Assembly: GCF_009914755.1 (NCBI RefSeq)
Contig: NC_060933.1
Strand: one strand, 5' to 3'
Length of the DNA stretch: 64,000 nucleotides
Source of the DNA: the human T2T-CHM13v2.0 reference genome, Homo sapiens
Shown: one piece after another, positions 11,101 to 26,400 of the stretch
Layout: each line of letters opens with the position of its first letter
How positions within the stretch are numbered: position 1 is the stretch's first letter
The notes under the pieces: generated by a model
Told to the model about the DNA's origin: nothing
Databases searched by the model: none
Seen by the model: the letters and a program-made list of their open reading frames with translations, nothing else
Made by a program: the position numbers and the translations under genes

Positions 11101-14100
11101 TTACATTCGGATTGATTCTATTCTACTCCCTTACTCTCCATTACATTCCATTCCATTCGGGTTGTCCTATTCCATTCCATTCCATTCCACTCCATTCCAT
11201 TGCACTCGGGTTGATTCCATTCCATTCCATTAAATTCCATTCCATTCCATTCCATTCCCTTCCATTCCATTCCGGAAGATTACATTCCATTGCATTCCAT
11301 TCCATTCCATGCCCCTGCACTCGCGTTGATTCCATTCCATTCCATTCTATTCCATTCCATTCCCTTCCTTTCCGTTCCATTCCATTCCATTCCATTCCAT
11401 TACATTCCGTTCCACTCCATTTCATTCCATTCGGATTGATTCTATTCAATTCCCTTACATTCCATTACATTCCGTTCCATTCGGGTAGTTTCCATTCCAT
11501 TCCATTCCATTCCATTCCTCTCCATTCCATTGCACTCGGGTTGATTCCATTCCATTCCATTCCATTCCATTCCATTCCATTCCATTACATTACATTCCAT
11601 TCCGTTCCATTGTACTCGGGTTGATTCCATTCCACTGCATTCCATTCCATTCCATTCCATTCCATTCCATTCCATTCCATTCCGTTCCATTCCATTACAT
11701 TCGAATTGATTCTATTCAACTCCCTTACTCTCCATTACATTCCATTCCATTCGGGTTGTTCCATTCCATTCCATTCTATTCCACTCCATTCCATTGCACT
11801 CGGGTTGATTCCATTCCATTCCATTCCATTCCATTCCATTCTGGAAGATTCCATTCCATTGCATTCCATTGCATTCCATTCCATTCCATTCCCCTGCACT
11901 CGTGTTGATTCCATTCCATTCCATTCTATTCCATTCCATTCCCTTCCTTTCCGTTCCATTCCATTCCATTCCATTCCATTCCATTCCGTTCCGTTCCATT
12001 CCATTCAATTCCATTCTATTCGGGTGAATTCCATTCCATTCCATTCGATTGCAATAGAGTTGATTCCATTCCATTCCATTCCATTCCCTTCTATTCGGGT
12101 TAATTCCATTCCATTCCATTCCATTCCATTCCAATCGAGTTGATTCCATTCCATTCCATTCCATTCCATTCCACTCCATTCCAGTCCTTTCCATTCCATT
12201 CCACTCAGGTTGATTCCAATGTATTCCTTTCCATTCCATTCCATTCCATTGCAATCGAGTTGATTCCATTGCTTTGCATTCCATTCCATTCCATTCCATT
12301 CCGGATGATTCCATTCCATTGCATTCCATTCCATTCCATTCTCCTGCACTCGGGTTGATTCCATTCCATTCCACTCCATTCCGTTCCATTCCATTCCATT
12401 CCATTGTATTCGGGTTAATTCCATTCCATTCCATTCCATTCCATTCCATTCCATTCCATTCCATTACAATCGAGTTGATTGCATTCCATTCCATTCCATT
12501 CCAGTCCTTTCCATTCCATTCCACTCGGGTTCATTCCATTCTATTAGTTTCCATTCCATTCCATTCCCTTCCATTCCACTCTGGTTGATACCATTCCTTT
12601 CCATTCCACTCGAATACATTCCCTCCTATTCCACTCGGAACGATTCCATTCCATTCCATTCCATTCCATTACATTCCATTCCATTCCATTCCATTCCATT
12701 TCGTTCCATTCCATTCTATTCCGTATCATTCCATTCCATTCCATTCCATTCAATTGTACTCGGGTTGATTCCATTCCATTGCATTCCATTCCATTCCTTT
12801 CCATTCCGTTGCATTCCATTCCATTGCATTCGGATTGATTCTATTCAACTCCCTTACTCTCCATTACATTCCATTCCATTCGGGTTGTTCCATTCCATTC
12901 CATTCCATTCCACTCCATTCCATTGCACTCGGGTTGATTCCATTCCATTCCACTCCATTCCATTCCATTCCATTCCGGATGATTCCATTCCATTGCATTC
13001 CGTTCCATTACATTCCCCTGCACTCGCGTTGATTCCATTCCATTCCATTCCATTCCATTCAATTCCATTCCATTACAGTTTGTTCCATTCCATTCTATTC
13101 CGTACCATTCCATTCCATTCCATACCATTCCATTCCATTCCATTCCATTCCGTTCCATTCCGTTCCATTCCATTCCATTCCATTCTATTCGGATTAATTC
13201 CATTCCATTCCATTCCATTCCATTCTATTCCATTCCATTGCAATCGAGTTGAATCCATTGCATTTCATTCCATTCCATTCCATTCCATTCCATTCCGGAA
13301 GATTCCATTCCATTGCATTCCATTCCATTCCATTCCCCTGCACTCGCGTTGATTCCATTCCATTCCATTCCATTCCATTCCATTCCATTCCATTCCATTC
13401 CGTTCCGTTCAGTTCCATTCCATTCCATTCCATTCCATTCCGTTCCGTTCCATTCCATTCCATTCCATTCTATTTGGGTTAATTCCATTCCATTCCATTC
13501 GATTGCAATCGAGTTGATTCCATTCCATTCCATTCCATTCCATTCCATTCCATTCCATTCCATTTTGTTCCATTCCATTCTATTCCGTATCATTCCCTTC
13601 CATTCCATTCCATTCCATTCCATTCCATTCCATTCCACTGGTGTTGATTCCATTCCTTTCCATTCCATTCGGTTTGAAGGTATTCCATTCCATTCCATTC
13701 CATTCCATTCCATTCCATTCCATTCCATTGTACTCGGGTTGCTTCCATTCCATTGCATTCCATTCCATTCCATTCCATTCCATTCCGTTGCATTCCATTC
13801 CATTACATTCGGATTGATTCTATTCAACTCCCTTACTCTCCATTACATTCCATTCCATTCGGGTTGTTCCATTCCATTCCATTCCATTGCACTCCATTCC
13901 ATTGCACTCTGGTTGATTCCATTCTATTCCATTCCATTCCATTCCATTCCGGATGATTCCATTCCATTGCATTCCGTTCCATTACATTCCCCTGCACTCG
14001 CGTTTATTCCATTCCATTCCATTCCATTCCATTCAATTCCATTCCATTACAATTCGTTCTATTCCATTCTATTCCGTACCATTCCATTGCATTCCATACC

Positions 14101-16230
14101 ATTCCATTGCATTCCATTCCATTCCATTCCGTTCCATTCCGTTCCATTCCATTCCATTCCATTCTATTCGGGTTAATTCCATTCCATTCCATTCCATTCC
14201 ATTCCATTCCATTCTATTCCATTCCATTGCAATCGAGTTGAATCCATTGCATTTCATTCCATTCCATTCCATTCCATTCCATTCCGGAAGATTCCATTCC
14301 ATTGCATTCCATTCCATTCCATTTCCCTGCACTCGCGTTGATTCCATTCCATTCCATTCCATTCCATTCCATTCCATTCCGTTCCGTTCTGTTCCATTCC
14401 ATTCCATTCCATTCCATTCCGTTCCGTTCCATTCCATTCCATTCCATTCTATTCGGGTTAATTCCATTCCATTCCATTTGATTGCAATCGAGTTGATTCC
14501 ATTCCATTCCATTCCATTCCATTCCATTCCATTCCATTCCTTTCCATTCCATTACGGATGATTCCATTCCATTGCATTCCATTCCATTCCATTCCCCTGT
14601 ACTCGGATTGATTCCATTCCATTCTATTCTAATCCATGCCATTACACTCATGTTGATTCCATTCTTTCCATTCCATTCAAGTTGAATCCATTCCATTGCA
14701 TTCCATTCCATTCGATTCCATTCGATTGCACTCGGGTTGATTCCATTCCATTGCATTCCATTCCTTTCCATTCCATTCCATTCCATTCCATTCCCTTCCA
14801 TTCCATTCCATTACATTCGGATTGATTCTATTCAACTCCCTTACTCTCCATTACATTCCATTCCATTCGGGTTGTTCCATTCCATTCCATTCCATTCCAC
14901 TCCATTCCATTGCACTCGGGTGTATTCCATTCCATTCCATTCCATTCCATTCCATTCCATTCCATTCCGGAAGATTCCATTCCATTGCATTCCATTCCAT
15001 TCCATTCCTTTCCGTTCCATTCCATTCCATTCCATTTCATTACATTCAGATTGATTCTATTCAATTCCCTTACACTCCATTATATTCCAATCCATTCTGG
15101 TTGTTTCCATTCCATTCCATTCCATTCCTCTGCATTCCATTGCACTCGGGTTGATTCCATTCCATTCCATTCCATTCCATTCCATTCCATTCCATTCCAT
15201 TCCATTCCATTCCGTTCCATTGTACTCGGGTTGATTCCATTCCATTGCATTCCATTCCATTCCATTCCATTCCATTCCATTCCATTCCGTTCCATTCCAT
15301 TACATTCAGATTGATTCTATTCAACTCCCTTACTCTCCATTACATTCCATTCCATTCGGGTTGTTCCATTCCATTCCATTCCATTCCACTCCATTCCATT
15401 GCACTCGGGTTGATTCCATTCCATTCCATTCCATTCCATTCCATTCCATTCCCTTCCATTACGGATGATTCCATTCCATTGCATTCCGTTCCATTACATT
15501 CCCCTGCACTCGGGTTGATTCCATTCCATTCCATTCCATTCCATTCGATTCCATTCCATTCCAATTCTTTCCATTCCATTCTATTCCGTACCATTCCATT
15601 GCATTCCATACAATTCCATTCCATTCCATTACACTCCGTTCCGTTCCGTTCCTTTCCGTTCCATTCCATTCCATTCCATTCTATTCGGTTTAATTCCATT
15701 CCATTCCATTCCATTCCATTCTATTCCATTCCATTGCAATCGAGTTGAATCCATTGCATTCCATTCCATTCCATTCCATTCCATTCCATTCCATTCCGGA
15801 AGATTCCATTCCATTGCATTCCATTCCATTCCATTCCGTTCAATTCCATTCCATTCCATTCCATTGTACTCGGGTTGATTCCATTCCATTGCATTCCATT
15901 CCATTCCATTCCATTCCATTCCATTCCGTTCCATTCCATTCCATTACATTCGGATTGATTCTTTTCAACTCCCTTACTCTCCATTCCATTCCATTCCATT
16001 CGGGTTGTTCCATTCCATTCCATTCCATTCCTCTCCATTCCATTGCACTTGGGTTGATTCCATTCCATTCCATTCCATTCCATTCCGGATGATTCCGTTC
16101 CATTGCATTCCGTTCCATTACTTTCCCCTGCACTCGGGTTGATTCCATTCCATTCCATTCCATTCCATTCGATTCCATTCCATTCCCCTGCACTCGCGTT
16201 GATTCCATTCCATTCCATTCCATTCCTTTC

Positions 16231-16382
16231 CATTCCAGTCCTTTCCATTCCATTCCACTCGGGTTGATTCCATTCTATTAGTTTCCATTCCATTCCATTC
16301 CCTTCCATTCCACTCTGGTTGATTCCATTCCTTTCCATTCCACTCGAATACATTCCCTCCTATTCCACTCGGAACGATTCCA
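16231..16382 (+). repeat. Landmark module containing cgaatacattccctcctattccactcggaacgattcc (representative of 15 copies)
   Basis: Core starts at 3081, 8840, 12611, 16345, 21486, 30016, 35760, 39536, 44754, 46467, 51806, 55777, 58818, 59562, 63920 (some with single substitutions); usually preceded by ccagtcctttcc...ctattagtttcc...ccactctggttg. Confidence 0.9.
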
Positions 16383-17383
16383 TTCCATTCCATTCCATTC
16401 CATTCCATTCCATTCCATTCCATTCCATTCCATTCCATTCCATTTCGTTCCATTCCATTCTATTCCGTATCATTCCATTCCATTCCATTCCATTCCATTC
16501 CATTCCATTCCATTCCACTCCATTGTACTCGGGTTGATTCCATTCCATTGCATTCCATTCCATTCCATTCCATTCCATTCCGTTGCATTCCATTCCATTA
16601 CATTCGGATTGATTCTATTCAACTCCCTTACTCTCCATTACATTCCATTCCATTCGGGTTGTTCCATTCCATTCCATTCCATTCCACTCCATTCCATTGC
16701 ACTCGGTTTGATTCCATTCCATTCCATTCCATTCCATTCCATTCCATTCCGGATGATTCCATTCCATTGCATTCCGTTCCATTACATTCCCCTGTACTCG
16801 CGTTGATTCCATTCCATTGCATTCCATTCCATTCAATTCCATTCCATTACAATTCGTTCCATTCAATTCTATTCCGTACCATTCCATTCCATTCCATACC
16901 ATTCCATTCCATTCCATTCCATTCCATTCTATTCCGTTCCATTCCCTTCCATTCCATTCCATTCCATTCTATTCGGGTTAATTCCATTCCATTCCATTCC
17001 ATTCCATTCCATTCCATTCCATTTTATTCCATTCCATTGCAATCGAGTTGAATCCATTCCATTTCATTCCATTCCATTCCATTCCATTCCATTCCGGAAG
17101 ATTCCATTCCATTGCATTCCATTCCATTGCATTCCGCTGCACTCGCGTTGATTCCATTCCATTCCATTCCATTCCATTCCGTTCCGTTCCATTCCATTCC
17201 ATTCCATTCCATTCCATTCCGTTCCATTCCATTCCATTCCATACCATTCTATTCGGGTTAATTCCATTCCATTCCATTCGATTGCAATCGAGTTGATTCC
17301 ATTCCATTCCATTCCATTCCATTCCATTCCTTTCCATTCCATTACGGATGAATCCATTCCATTGCATTCCATTCCATTCCATT

Positions 17384-17532
17384 CCCCTGTACTCGGGTTG
17401 ATTCCATTCCATTCCATTCCAATCCATGCCATTCCACTCGTGTTGATTTCATTCTTTCCATTCCATTCAAGTTGAATCCATTCCATTGCATTCCATTCCA
17501 TTCGATTCCATTCGATTGCACTCGGGTTGATT
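17384..17532 (-). repeat. pHuR98-like SatIII module (representative of ~30 copies)
   Basis: + strand cccctgtactcgggttg...ccaatccatgccattccactcgtgttgattccattctttccattccattcaagttgaatcc...cgattccattcgattgcactcgggttgatt; the reverse complement begins AATCAACCCGAGTGCAATCGAATGGAATCG, which I recall as the pHuR98 sequence. Other copies start near 57, 661, 1803, 6376, 7637, 10019, 14594, 22665, 24674, 40530, 41343, 43930, 45993, 47315, 49351, 50019, 50613, 52817, 58136, 60246, 62317, 63311 and in duplicate copy B. Confidence 0.8.
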
Positions 17533-20340
17533 CCATTCCATTGCATTCCATTCCATTCCATTCCATTCCATTCCATTCCTTTCCATTCCATTCCATTACA
17601 TTCGGATTGATTCTATTCAATTCCCTTACACTCAATTACATTCCATTCCATTCGGGTAGTTTCCATTCCATTCCATTCCATTCCTCTCCATTCCATTGCA
17701 CTCGGGTTGATTCCATTCCATTGCATTTCATTCCATTCCATTCAATTCCATTCCGTTCCATTCCATTCCATTACATTCGGATTGATTCTATTCAACTCCC
17801 TTAATCTCCATTACTTTCCATTCCATTTGGGTTGTTCCATTCCATTCCATTCCATTCCACTCCATTCCATTGCACTCGCGTTGATTCCATTCCATTCCAT
17901 TCCATTCCATTCCATTCCATTCCGGAAGATTCCATTCCTTTGCATTCCATTCCATTCCATTCCCCTGCCCTCGCGTTGATTCCATTCCATTCCATTCTAT
18001 TCCATTCCATTCCCTTCCTTTCCGTTCCATTCCATTCCATTCCATTCCATTCCATTCCATTCCATTCCGTTCCGTTCCGTTCCATTCCATTCCATTCCCT
18101 TCTATTCGGGTTAATTCCATTCCATTCCATTCGACTGCAATCGAGTTGATTCCATTCCATTCCATTCCATTCCATTCCATTCCATTCCATTCCATTCAAT
18201 TCCGGATGATTCCATTCCATTGCCTTCCATTCCATTCCATTCCCCTGCACTCGGGTTGATTCCATTCCATTCCATTCCATTACATTCCGTTCCATTCCAT
18301 TCCATTCCATTCGGATTGATTCTATTCAATTCCCTTACACTCCATTACATTCCATTCCATTCGGGTAGTTTCCATTCCATTCCATTCCATTCCTCTCCAT
18401 TCCATTGCACTCGGGTTGATTCCATTCCATTCAATTCCATTCCATTCCATTACATTACATTACATTACATTCCGTTCCATTGTACTCGGGTTGATTCCAT
18501 TCCATTGCATTCCATTCCATTCCATTCCATTCCATTCCATTCCATTCCATTCCATTCCGTTCCATTCCATTACATTCGGATTCATTCTATTCAACTCCCT
18601 TACTGTCCATTACATTCCATTCCATTCGGGTTGTTCCATTCCATTCCGTTCCATTCCACTCCATTCCATTGCACTCGGGTTGATTCCATTCCATTCCATT
18701 CCACTCCATTCCATTCCATTCCGGATGATTCCATTCCATTGCATTCCGTTCCATTACATTCCCCTGCACTCGGGTTGATTCCATTCCATTCCATTCCATT
18801 CCATTCGATTCCATTCCATTCCAATTCTTTCCATTCCATTCTATTACGTACCATTCCATTCCATACAATTCCATTCCATTCCATTCCACTCCGTTCCGTT
18901 CCGTTCCGTTCCGTTCCATTCCATTCCATTCCATTCTATTCGGTTTAATTCCATTCCATTCCATTCCATTCCATTCTATTCCATTCCATTGCAATCGAGT
19001 TGAATCCATTGCATTCCATTCCATTCAATTCCATTCCATTCCATTCCATTCCGGAAGATTCCATTCCATTGCATTCCATTCCATTCCATTGCATTCCATT
19101 CCATTCCATTCCATTCCCTTCCATTCCATTCCATTACATTCGGATTTATTCTATTCAACTCCCTTACTCTCCATTACATTCCATTCCATTCGGGTTGTTC
19201 CATTCCATTCCATTCCATTCCACTCCATTCCATTGCACTCGGGTTTATTCCATTCCATTCCATTCCATTGCATTCCATTCCATTCCATTCCGGAAGATTC
19301 CATTCCATTGCATTCCATTCCATTCCATTCCTTTCCGTTCCATTCCATTCCATTCCATTCCATTCCAATCCATTCCATTCTGTTCCGTTCCATTCCATTC
19401 CATTCCATTCCATTCTATTCGGGTTAATTCCATTCCATTCCATTCGATTGCAATCGAGTTGATTCCTTTCCATTCCATTCCATTCCATTCCATTCCATTC
19501 CATTCCTTTCCATTCCATTACGGATGATTCCATTCCATTGCATTCCGTTCCATTACATTCCCCTGCACTCGCGTTGATTCCATTCCATTCCATTCCATTC
19601 CGTTCAATTCCATTCCATTACAATTCATTCCATTCCATTCTATTCCATACCATTCCATTCCATTCCATACCATTCCATTCCATTCCATTCCATTCCATTC
19701 CGTTCCACTCCTTTCCATTCCATTCCATTCCATTCTATTCGGGTTAATTCCATTCCATTCCATTCCATTCCATTCCATTCTATTCCATTCCATTGCAATC
19801 GAGTTGAATCCATTGCATTTCATTCCATTCCATTCCATAACATTCCATTCCGGAAGATTCCATTCCATTGCATTCCATTCCATTCCATTCCCCTGCACTC
19901 GCGTTGATTCCATTCCATTGGATTCCATTCCATTCCATTCCGTTCCGTTCCGTTCCGATCCATTCCATTGCATTCCATTCCATTCCATTCCGGATGATTC
20001 CATTCCATTGCATTCCATTCCATTCCATTCCCCTGCACTCGGGTTGATTCCATTCCATTCCATTCCATTCCATTCCATTCCATTCCATTCGGATTGATTC
20101 TATTCAATTCCCTTACACTCCATTACATTACATTCCATTCGGGTAGTTTCCATTCCATTCCATTCCATTCCTCTCCATTCCATTGCACTCGGGTTGATTC
20201 CATTCCATTCCATTACATTCCATTCCATTCCATTGCATTACATTACATTCCGTTCCATTGTACTCGGGTTGATTCCATTCCATTGCATTCCATTCCATTC
20301 CGTTCCATTCCATTCCATTCCGTTCCATTCCATTACATTC

Positions 20341-20498
20341 GGATTGATTCTATTCAACTCCCTTACTCTCCATTACATTCCATTCCATTCGGGTTGTTCC
20401 ATTCCATTCCATTCCATTCGCATTGATTCTATTCAACTCCCTTACTCTCCATTACATTCCATTCCATTCGGGTTGTTCCATTCCATTCCATTCCATTC
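20341..20498 (+). repeat. 79-bp tandem duplication
   Basis: g(g/c)attgattctattcaactcccttactctccattacattccattccattcgggttgttcc at 20341 and 20420. Confidence 0.85.
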
Positions 20499-23400
20499 GA
20501 CTCCATTCCATTGCACTCGGGTTGATTCCATTCCATTCCATTCCATTCCATTCCATTCCATTCCATTCCGGATGATTCCATTCCATTGCATTCCGTTCCA
20601 TTACATTCCCCTGGACTCTGGTTGATTCCATTCCATTCCTTTCCATTCCATTCGATTCCATTCCATTCCAATTCTTTCCATTCCATTCTATTCCGTACCA
20701 TTCCATTCCATTCCATACAATTCCATTCCATTCCATTCCACTCCGTTCCGTTCTGTTCCATTGCGTTCCGTTCCATTCCATTCCATCCCATTCTATTCGG
20801 TTTAATTCCATTCCATTCCATTCCATTCCATTCTATTCCATTCCATTGCAATCGAGTTGAATCCATTGCATTCCATTCCATTCCATTCCATTCCATTCAA
20901 TTCCATTCCGGAAGATTCCATTCCATTGCATTCCATTCCATTCCATTCCATTCCATTCCATTGTACTCGGGTTGATTCCATTCCATTGCATTCCATTCCA
21001 TCCCATTCCATTCCATTCCATTCCATTCCATTCCATTCCATTCCATTCCGTTCCATTCCATTCATTACATTCGGATTGATTCTTTTCAACTCCCTTACTC
21101 TCCATTACATTCCATTCCATTCGGGTTGTTCCATTCCATTCCATTCCATTCCACTCCATTCCATTGCACTCGGGTTGATTCCATTCCATTCCATTCCATT
21201 CCATTCCGGATGATTCCATTCCATTGCATTCCGTTCCATTACATTCCCCTGCACTCGGGTTGATTCCAATCCATTCCATTCCATTCCATTCGATTGTATT
21301 CCATTCCCCTGCACTCGCGTTGATTCCATTCCATTCCATTCCATTCCATTCCATTCCATTCCATTCCTTTCCATTCCAGTCCTTTCCATTCCATTCCACT
21401 CGGGTTGATTCCATTCTGTTAGTTTCCATTCTGTTCCATTCCCTTCCATTCCACTCTGGTTGATTCCATTCCTTTCCATTCCACTCGAATACATTCCCTC
21501 CTATTCCACTCGGAACGATTCCATTCCATTCCATTCCATTCCATTCCATTCCATTCCATTCCATTCCATTCAATTTTGTTCCATTCCATTCTATTCCGTA
21601 TCATTCCATTGCATTCCATTCCATTCCATTCCATTCCATTCCATTCCCTTCCATTCCATTCCTTTCCACTCGTGTTGATTCCATTCCTTTCCATTCCATT
21701 CGGTTTGAAGGTATTCCATTCCATTCCATTCCATTCCATTCCATTCCATTCCATTCCATTCCATTCCATTGTACTCGGGTTGATTCCATTCCATTGTATT
21801 CCATTCCATTCCATTCCATTCCATTCCGTTTCATTCCATTCCATTACATTCGGATTGATTCTATTCAACTCCCTTACTCTCCATTACATTCCATTCCATT
21901 CGGGTTGTTCCATTCCATTCCATTCCACTCCACTCCATTCCATTGCACTCGGGTTGATTCCATTCCATTCCATTCCATTCCATTCCATTCCGGATGATTC
22001 CATTCCATTGCATTCCGTTCCATTACATTCCCCTGCACTCGAGTTGATTCCATTCCATTCCATTCCATTCCATTCCATTCCATTGAATTCCATTCCATTA
22101 CAATTCGTTCCATTCCATTCTATTCCATACCATTCCATTCCATTCCATACCGTTCCATTGCATTCCATTCCATTCCATTCCGTTCCATTCCTTTCCATTC
22201 CATTGCATTCCATTCTATTCGCGTTAATTCCATTCCATTCCATTCCATTCCATTCCATTCCATTCCATTCCATTCCATTCTATTCCATTCCATTGCAATC
22301 GAGTTGAATCCATTGCATTTCATTCCATTCCATTCCATTCCATTCCATTCCATTCCGGAAGATTCCATTCCATTGCATTCCATTCCATTCCATTCCCCTG
22401 CACTCGCGTTGATTCCATTCCATTCCATTCCATTCCATTCCATTCCGTTCCGTTCTGTTCCATTCCATTCCATTCCATTCCATTCCGTTCCGTTCCATTC
22501 CATTCCATTCCATTCTATTTGGGTTAATTCCATTCCATTCCATTCGATTGCAATCGAGTTGATTCCATTCCATTCCATTCCATTCCATTCCATTCCATTC
22601 CATTCCATTCCTTTCCATTCCATTACGGATGATTCCATTCCATTGCATTCCATTCCATTCCATTCCCCTGTACTCGGATTGATTCCATTCCATTCTATTC
22701 CAATCCATGCAATTCCACTCGTTTTGATTCCATTCTTTCCATTCCATTCAAGTTGAATCCATTCCATTGCATTCCATTCCATTTGATTCCATTCGATTGC
22801 ACTCGGGTTGATTCCATTCCATTGCATTCCATTCCATTCCATTTCATTCCATTCCGTTCCTTTCCATTCCATTCCATTCCATTCCATTCCATTGCAATCG
22901 AGTTGATTCCATTCCATTCCTTTCCATTCCATTCCATTGCCTTGCATTCCACTCGGGTTGATTCCATTCCCTTCTTTCCACTCCATTACATTCCCTTCCA
23001 TTCCACTCGGAATGATTGATACCATTCCATTCCATTCCATTTCATTCCATTGCAATCCATTCCAATCCATTCCATTCCAATCCATTCCATTCCGTTCCGT
23101 TCCATTCCATTCCATTCCATTCCATTCTATTCGGGTTAATTCCATTCCATTCCATTCGATTGCAATCGAGTTGATTCCATTCCATTCCATTCCTTTCCAT
23201 TCCATTACGGATGATTCCATTCCATTGCATTCCATTCCATTCCATTCCCCTGTACTCGGGTTCATTCCATTCCATTCCATTCTAATCCATGACATTCCAC
23301 TCGTGTTGATTCCATTCTTTCCATTCCATTCATGTTGAATCCATTCCATTGCATTCCATTCCATTCCATTCCCCTGCAGTCGGGTTGATTCCATTCCATT

Positions 23401-26400
23401 CCATTCCATTCCATTCCACTCCATTCCATTCCATTCTGTTCCGTTCCATTCCATTCCACTCCATTCTATTCGGGTTAATTCCATTCCATTCCATTCCATT
23501 CCATTCCATTCCATTCCAATCGAGTTGATTCCATTCCATTCCATTCCATTCCATTCCACTCCATTCCAGTCCTTTCCATTCCATTCCACTCGGGTTGATT
23601 CCAATGTATTCCTTTCCATTCCATTCCATTCCATTGCAATCGGGTTGATTCCATTGTTTTGCATTCCATTCCATTCCATTCCATTTCGGATGATTCCATT
23701 CCATTGCATTCCATTCCATTCTAATCCCCTGCACTCGGGTTGATTCCATTCCATTCCACTGCATTCCGTTCCATTCCATTCCATTCCATTGTATTCAGGT
23801 TAATTCCATTCCATTCCATTCCATTCTATTCCATTCCATTACAATCGAGTTGATTCCATTCCATTGCATTCCATTCCATTCCATTCCATTCCATTCCGTT
23901 GCATTCCATTCCATTACATTCGGATTGATTCTATTCAACTCCCTTACTCTCCATTACATTCCATTCCATTCGGGTTGTTCCATTCCATTCCATTCCATTC
24001 CACTCCATTCCATTGCACTTGGGTTGATTCCATTCCATTCCATTCCATTCCATTCCATTCCATTCCGGATGATTCCACTCCATTGCATTCCGTTCCATTA
24101 CATTCCACTGCACTCGCGTTGATTCCATTCCATTCCATTCAATTCCATTCCATTACAATTCATTCCATTCCATTCTATTCCATACCATTCCATTCCATTC
24201 CATTCCATTCCATTCCATTCCATTCCATTCCGTTCCTTTCCGTTCCATTCCATTCCATTCCATTCTATTCGGGTTAATTCCATTCCATTCTATTCCATTC
24301 CATTCCATTCCATTCTATTCCATTCCATTGCAATCGAGTTGAATCCATTGCATTTCATTCCATTCCATTCCATTCCGGAAGATTCCATTCAATTGCATTC
24401 CATTCCATTCCATTCCATTCCCCTGCACTCGCGTTGATTCCATTCCATTCCATTCCATTCCATTCCATTCCGTTCCGTTCCATTCCATTCCATTCCATTC
24501 CATTCCATTCCGTTCCGTTCCATTCCATTCCATTCCATTCTATTCGGGTTAATTCCATTCCATTCCATTCGATTGCAATCGAGTTGATTCCATTCCATTC
24601 CATTCCATTCCATTGCATTCCTTTCCATTCCATTACGGATGATTCCATTCCATTGCATTCCATTCCATTCTATTCCCCTGTACTCGGGTTGATTCCAATC
24701 CATTCCATTCCAATCCATGCCATTCCACTCGTGTTGATTCCATTCTTTCCATTCCTTTCAAGTTGAATCCATTCCATTGCATTCCATTCCATTCGATTCC
24801 ATTCGATTGCACTCGGGTTGATTCCATTCCATTGCATTCCATTCCATTCCATTCCATTCCATTCCATTCCTTTCCATTCCGTTCCATTCCATTTCATTAC
24901 ATTCAGATTGATTCTATTCAATTCCCTTACATTCCATTATATTCCAATCCATTCTGGTTGTTTCCATTCCATTCCATTCCATTGCACTCCATTCCATTGC
25001 ACTCGGGTTGATTCCATTCCATTCCATTCCATTCCATTCCATTCCGGATGATTCCATTCCATTGCATTCCATTCCATTCCATTCCCCTGCACTCGGGTTG
25101 ATTCCATTCAATTCCATTCCATTACATTCTGTTCCATTCCATTCCATTCCATTCGGATTGATTCTATTCAATTCCCTAACACTCCATTACATTCCATTCC
25201 ATTCGGGTAGTTTCCATTCCATTCCATTTCATTCCTCTCCATTCCATTGCACTCGGGTTGATTCCATTCCATTCCATTCCATTCCATTCCATTCCATTCC
25301 ATTCCATTCCATTGTACTCGGGGTGATTCCATTCCATTGCATTCCATTCCATTCCGTTCCATTCCATTCCATTCCATTCCGTTCCATTCCATTACATTCG
25401 GATTGATTCTATTCAACTCCGTTACTCTCCATTACATTCCATTCCATTCGGGTTGTTCCATTCCATTCCATTCCATTCGACTCCATTCCATTGCACTCGG
25501 GTTGATTCCATTCCATTCCATTCCATTCCATTCCATTCCATTCCATTCCGGATGATTCCATTCCATTGCATTCCGTTCCATTACATTCCCCTGCACTCTG
25601 GTTGATTCCATTCCATTCCATTCGATTCCATTCCATTCCAATTCTTTCCATTCCATTCTATTTCGTAACATTCCATTCCATTCCATACAATTCCATTCCA
25701 TTCCATTCCACTCCGTTCCGTTCCGTTCCGTTCCATTCCATTCCATTCCATTCTATTCGGCTTAATTCCATTCCGTTCCATTCCATTCCATTCTATTCCA
25801 TTCCATTGCAATCGAGTTGAATCCATTGCATTCTATTCCATTCCATTCCATTCCATTCCATTCCATTCCATTCCGTTCCATTCCCTTCCATTCTATTCCA
25901 TTACATTCGGATTGTTTCTTTTCAACTCCCTTACTCTCCATTACATTCCATTCCATTCGGGTTGTTCCATTCCATTCCATTCCATTCCACTCCATTCCAT
26001 TGCACTCAGGTTGATTCCATTCCATTCCATTCCATTCCATTCCGGATGATTCCATTCCATGGCATTCCGTTCCATTACATTCCCCTGCACCCGGGTTGAT
26101 TCCATTCCATTCCATTCCATTCCATTCCATTCCATTCCATTCCCCTGCACTCGCGTTGATTCCATTCCATTCCATTCCATTCCATTCCATTCCATTCCAT
26201 TCCTTTCCATTCCATTCCATTCCGTTCCGTTCTGTTCCATTCCATTCCATTCCATTCCATTCCGTTCCGTTCCATTCCATTCCATTCTATTTGGGTTAAT
26301 TCCATTCCATTCCATTCGATTGCAATCGAGTTGATTCCATTCCATTCCATTCCATTCCATTCCATTTCGTTCCATTCCATTCTATTCCGTATCATTCCAT

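Larger units (their letters stand above)
1..13379 (+). repeat. Recent large duplication, copy A (left end lies outside the window)
   Basis: Matches 26926-40304 nearly base for base; ORF track repeats with offsets 26925, 26935, 26925, 26920, 26925 (e.g. 139..348 vs 27064..27273; 4889..6391 vs 31809..33311; 13073..13258 vs 39998..40183). Confidence 0.96.

Noticed and set aside
22120-23784. 554-aa minus-strand ORF and all other MEWNG-repeat ORFs
   Set aside because: (GGAAT)n has no stop codon in any frame and gives an ATG every 15 bp per frame; overlapping ORFs occur in all frames with no domain content.
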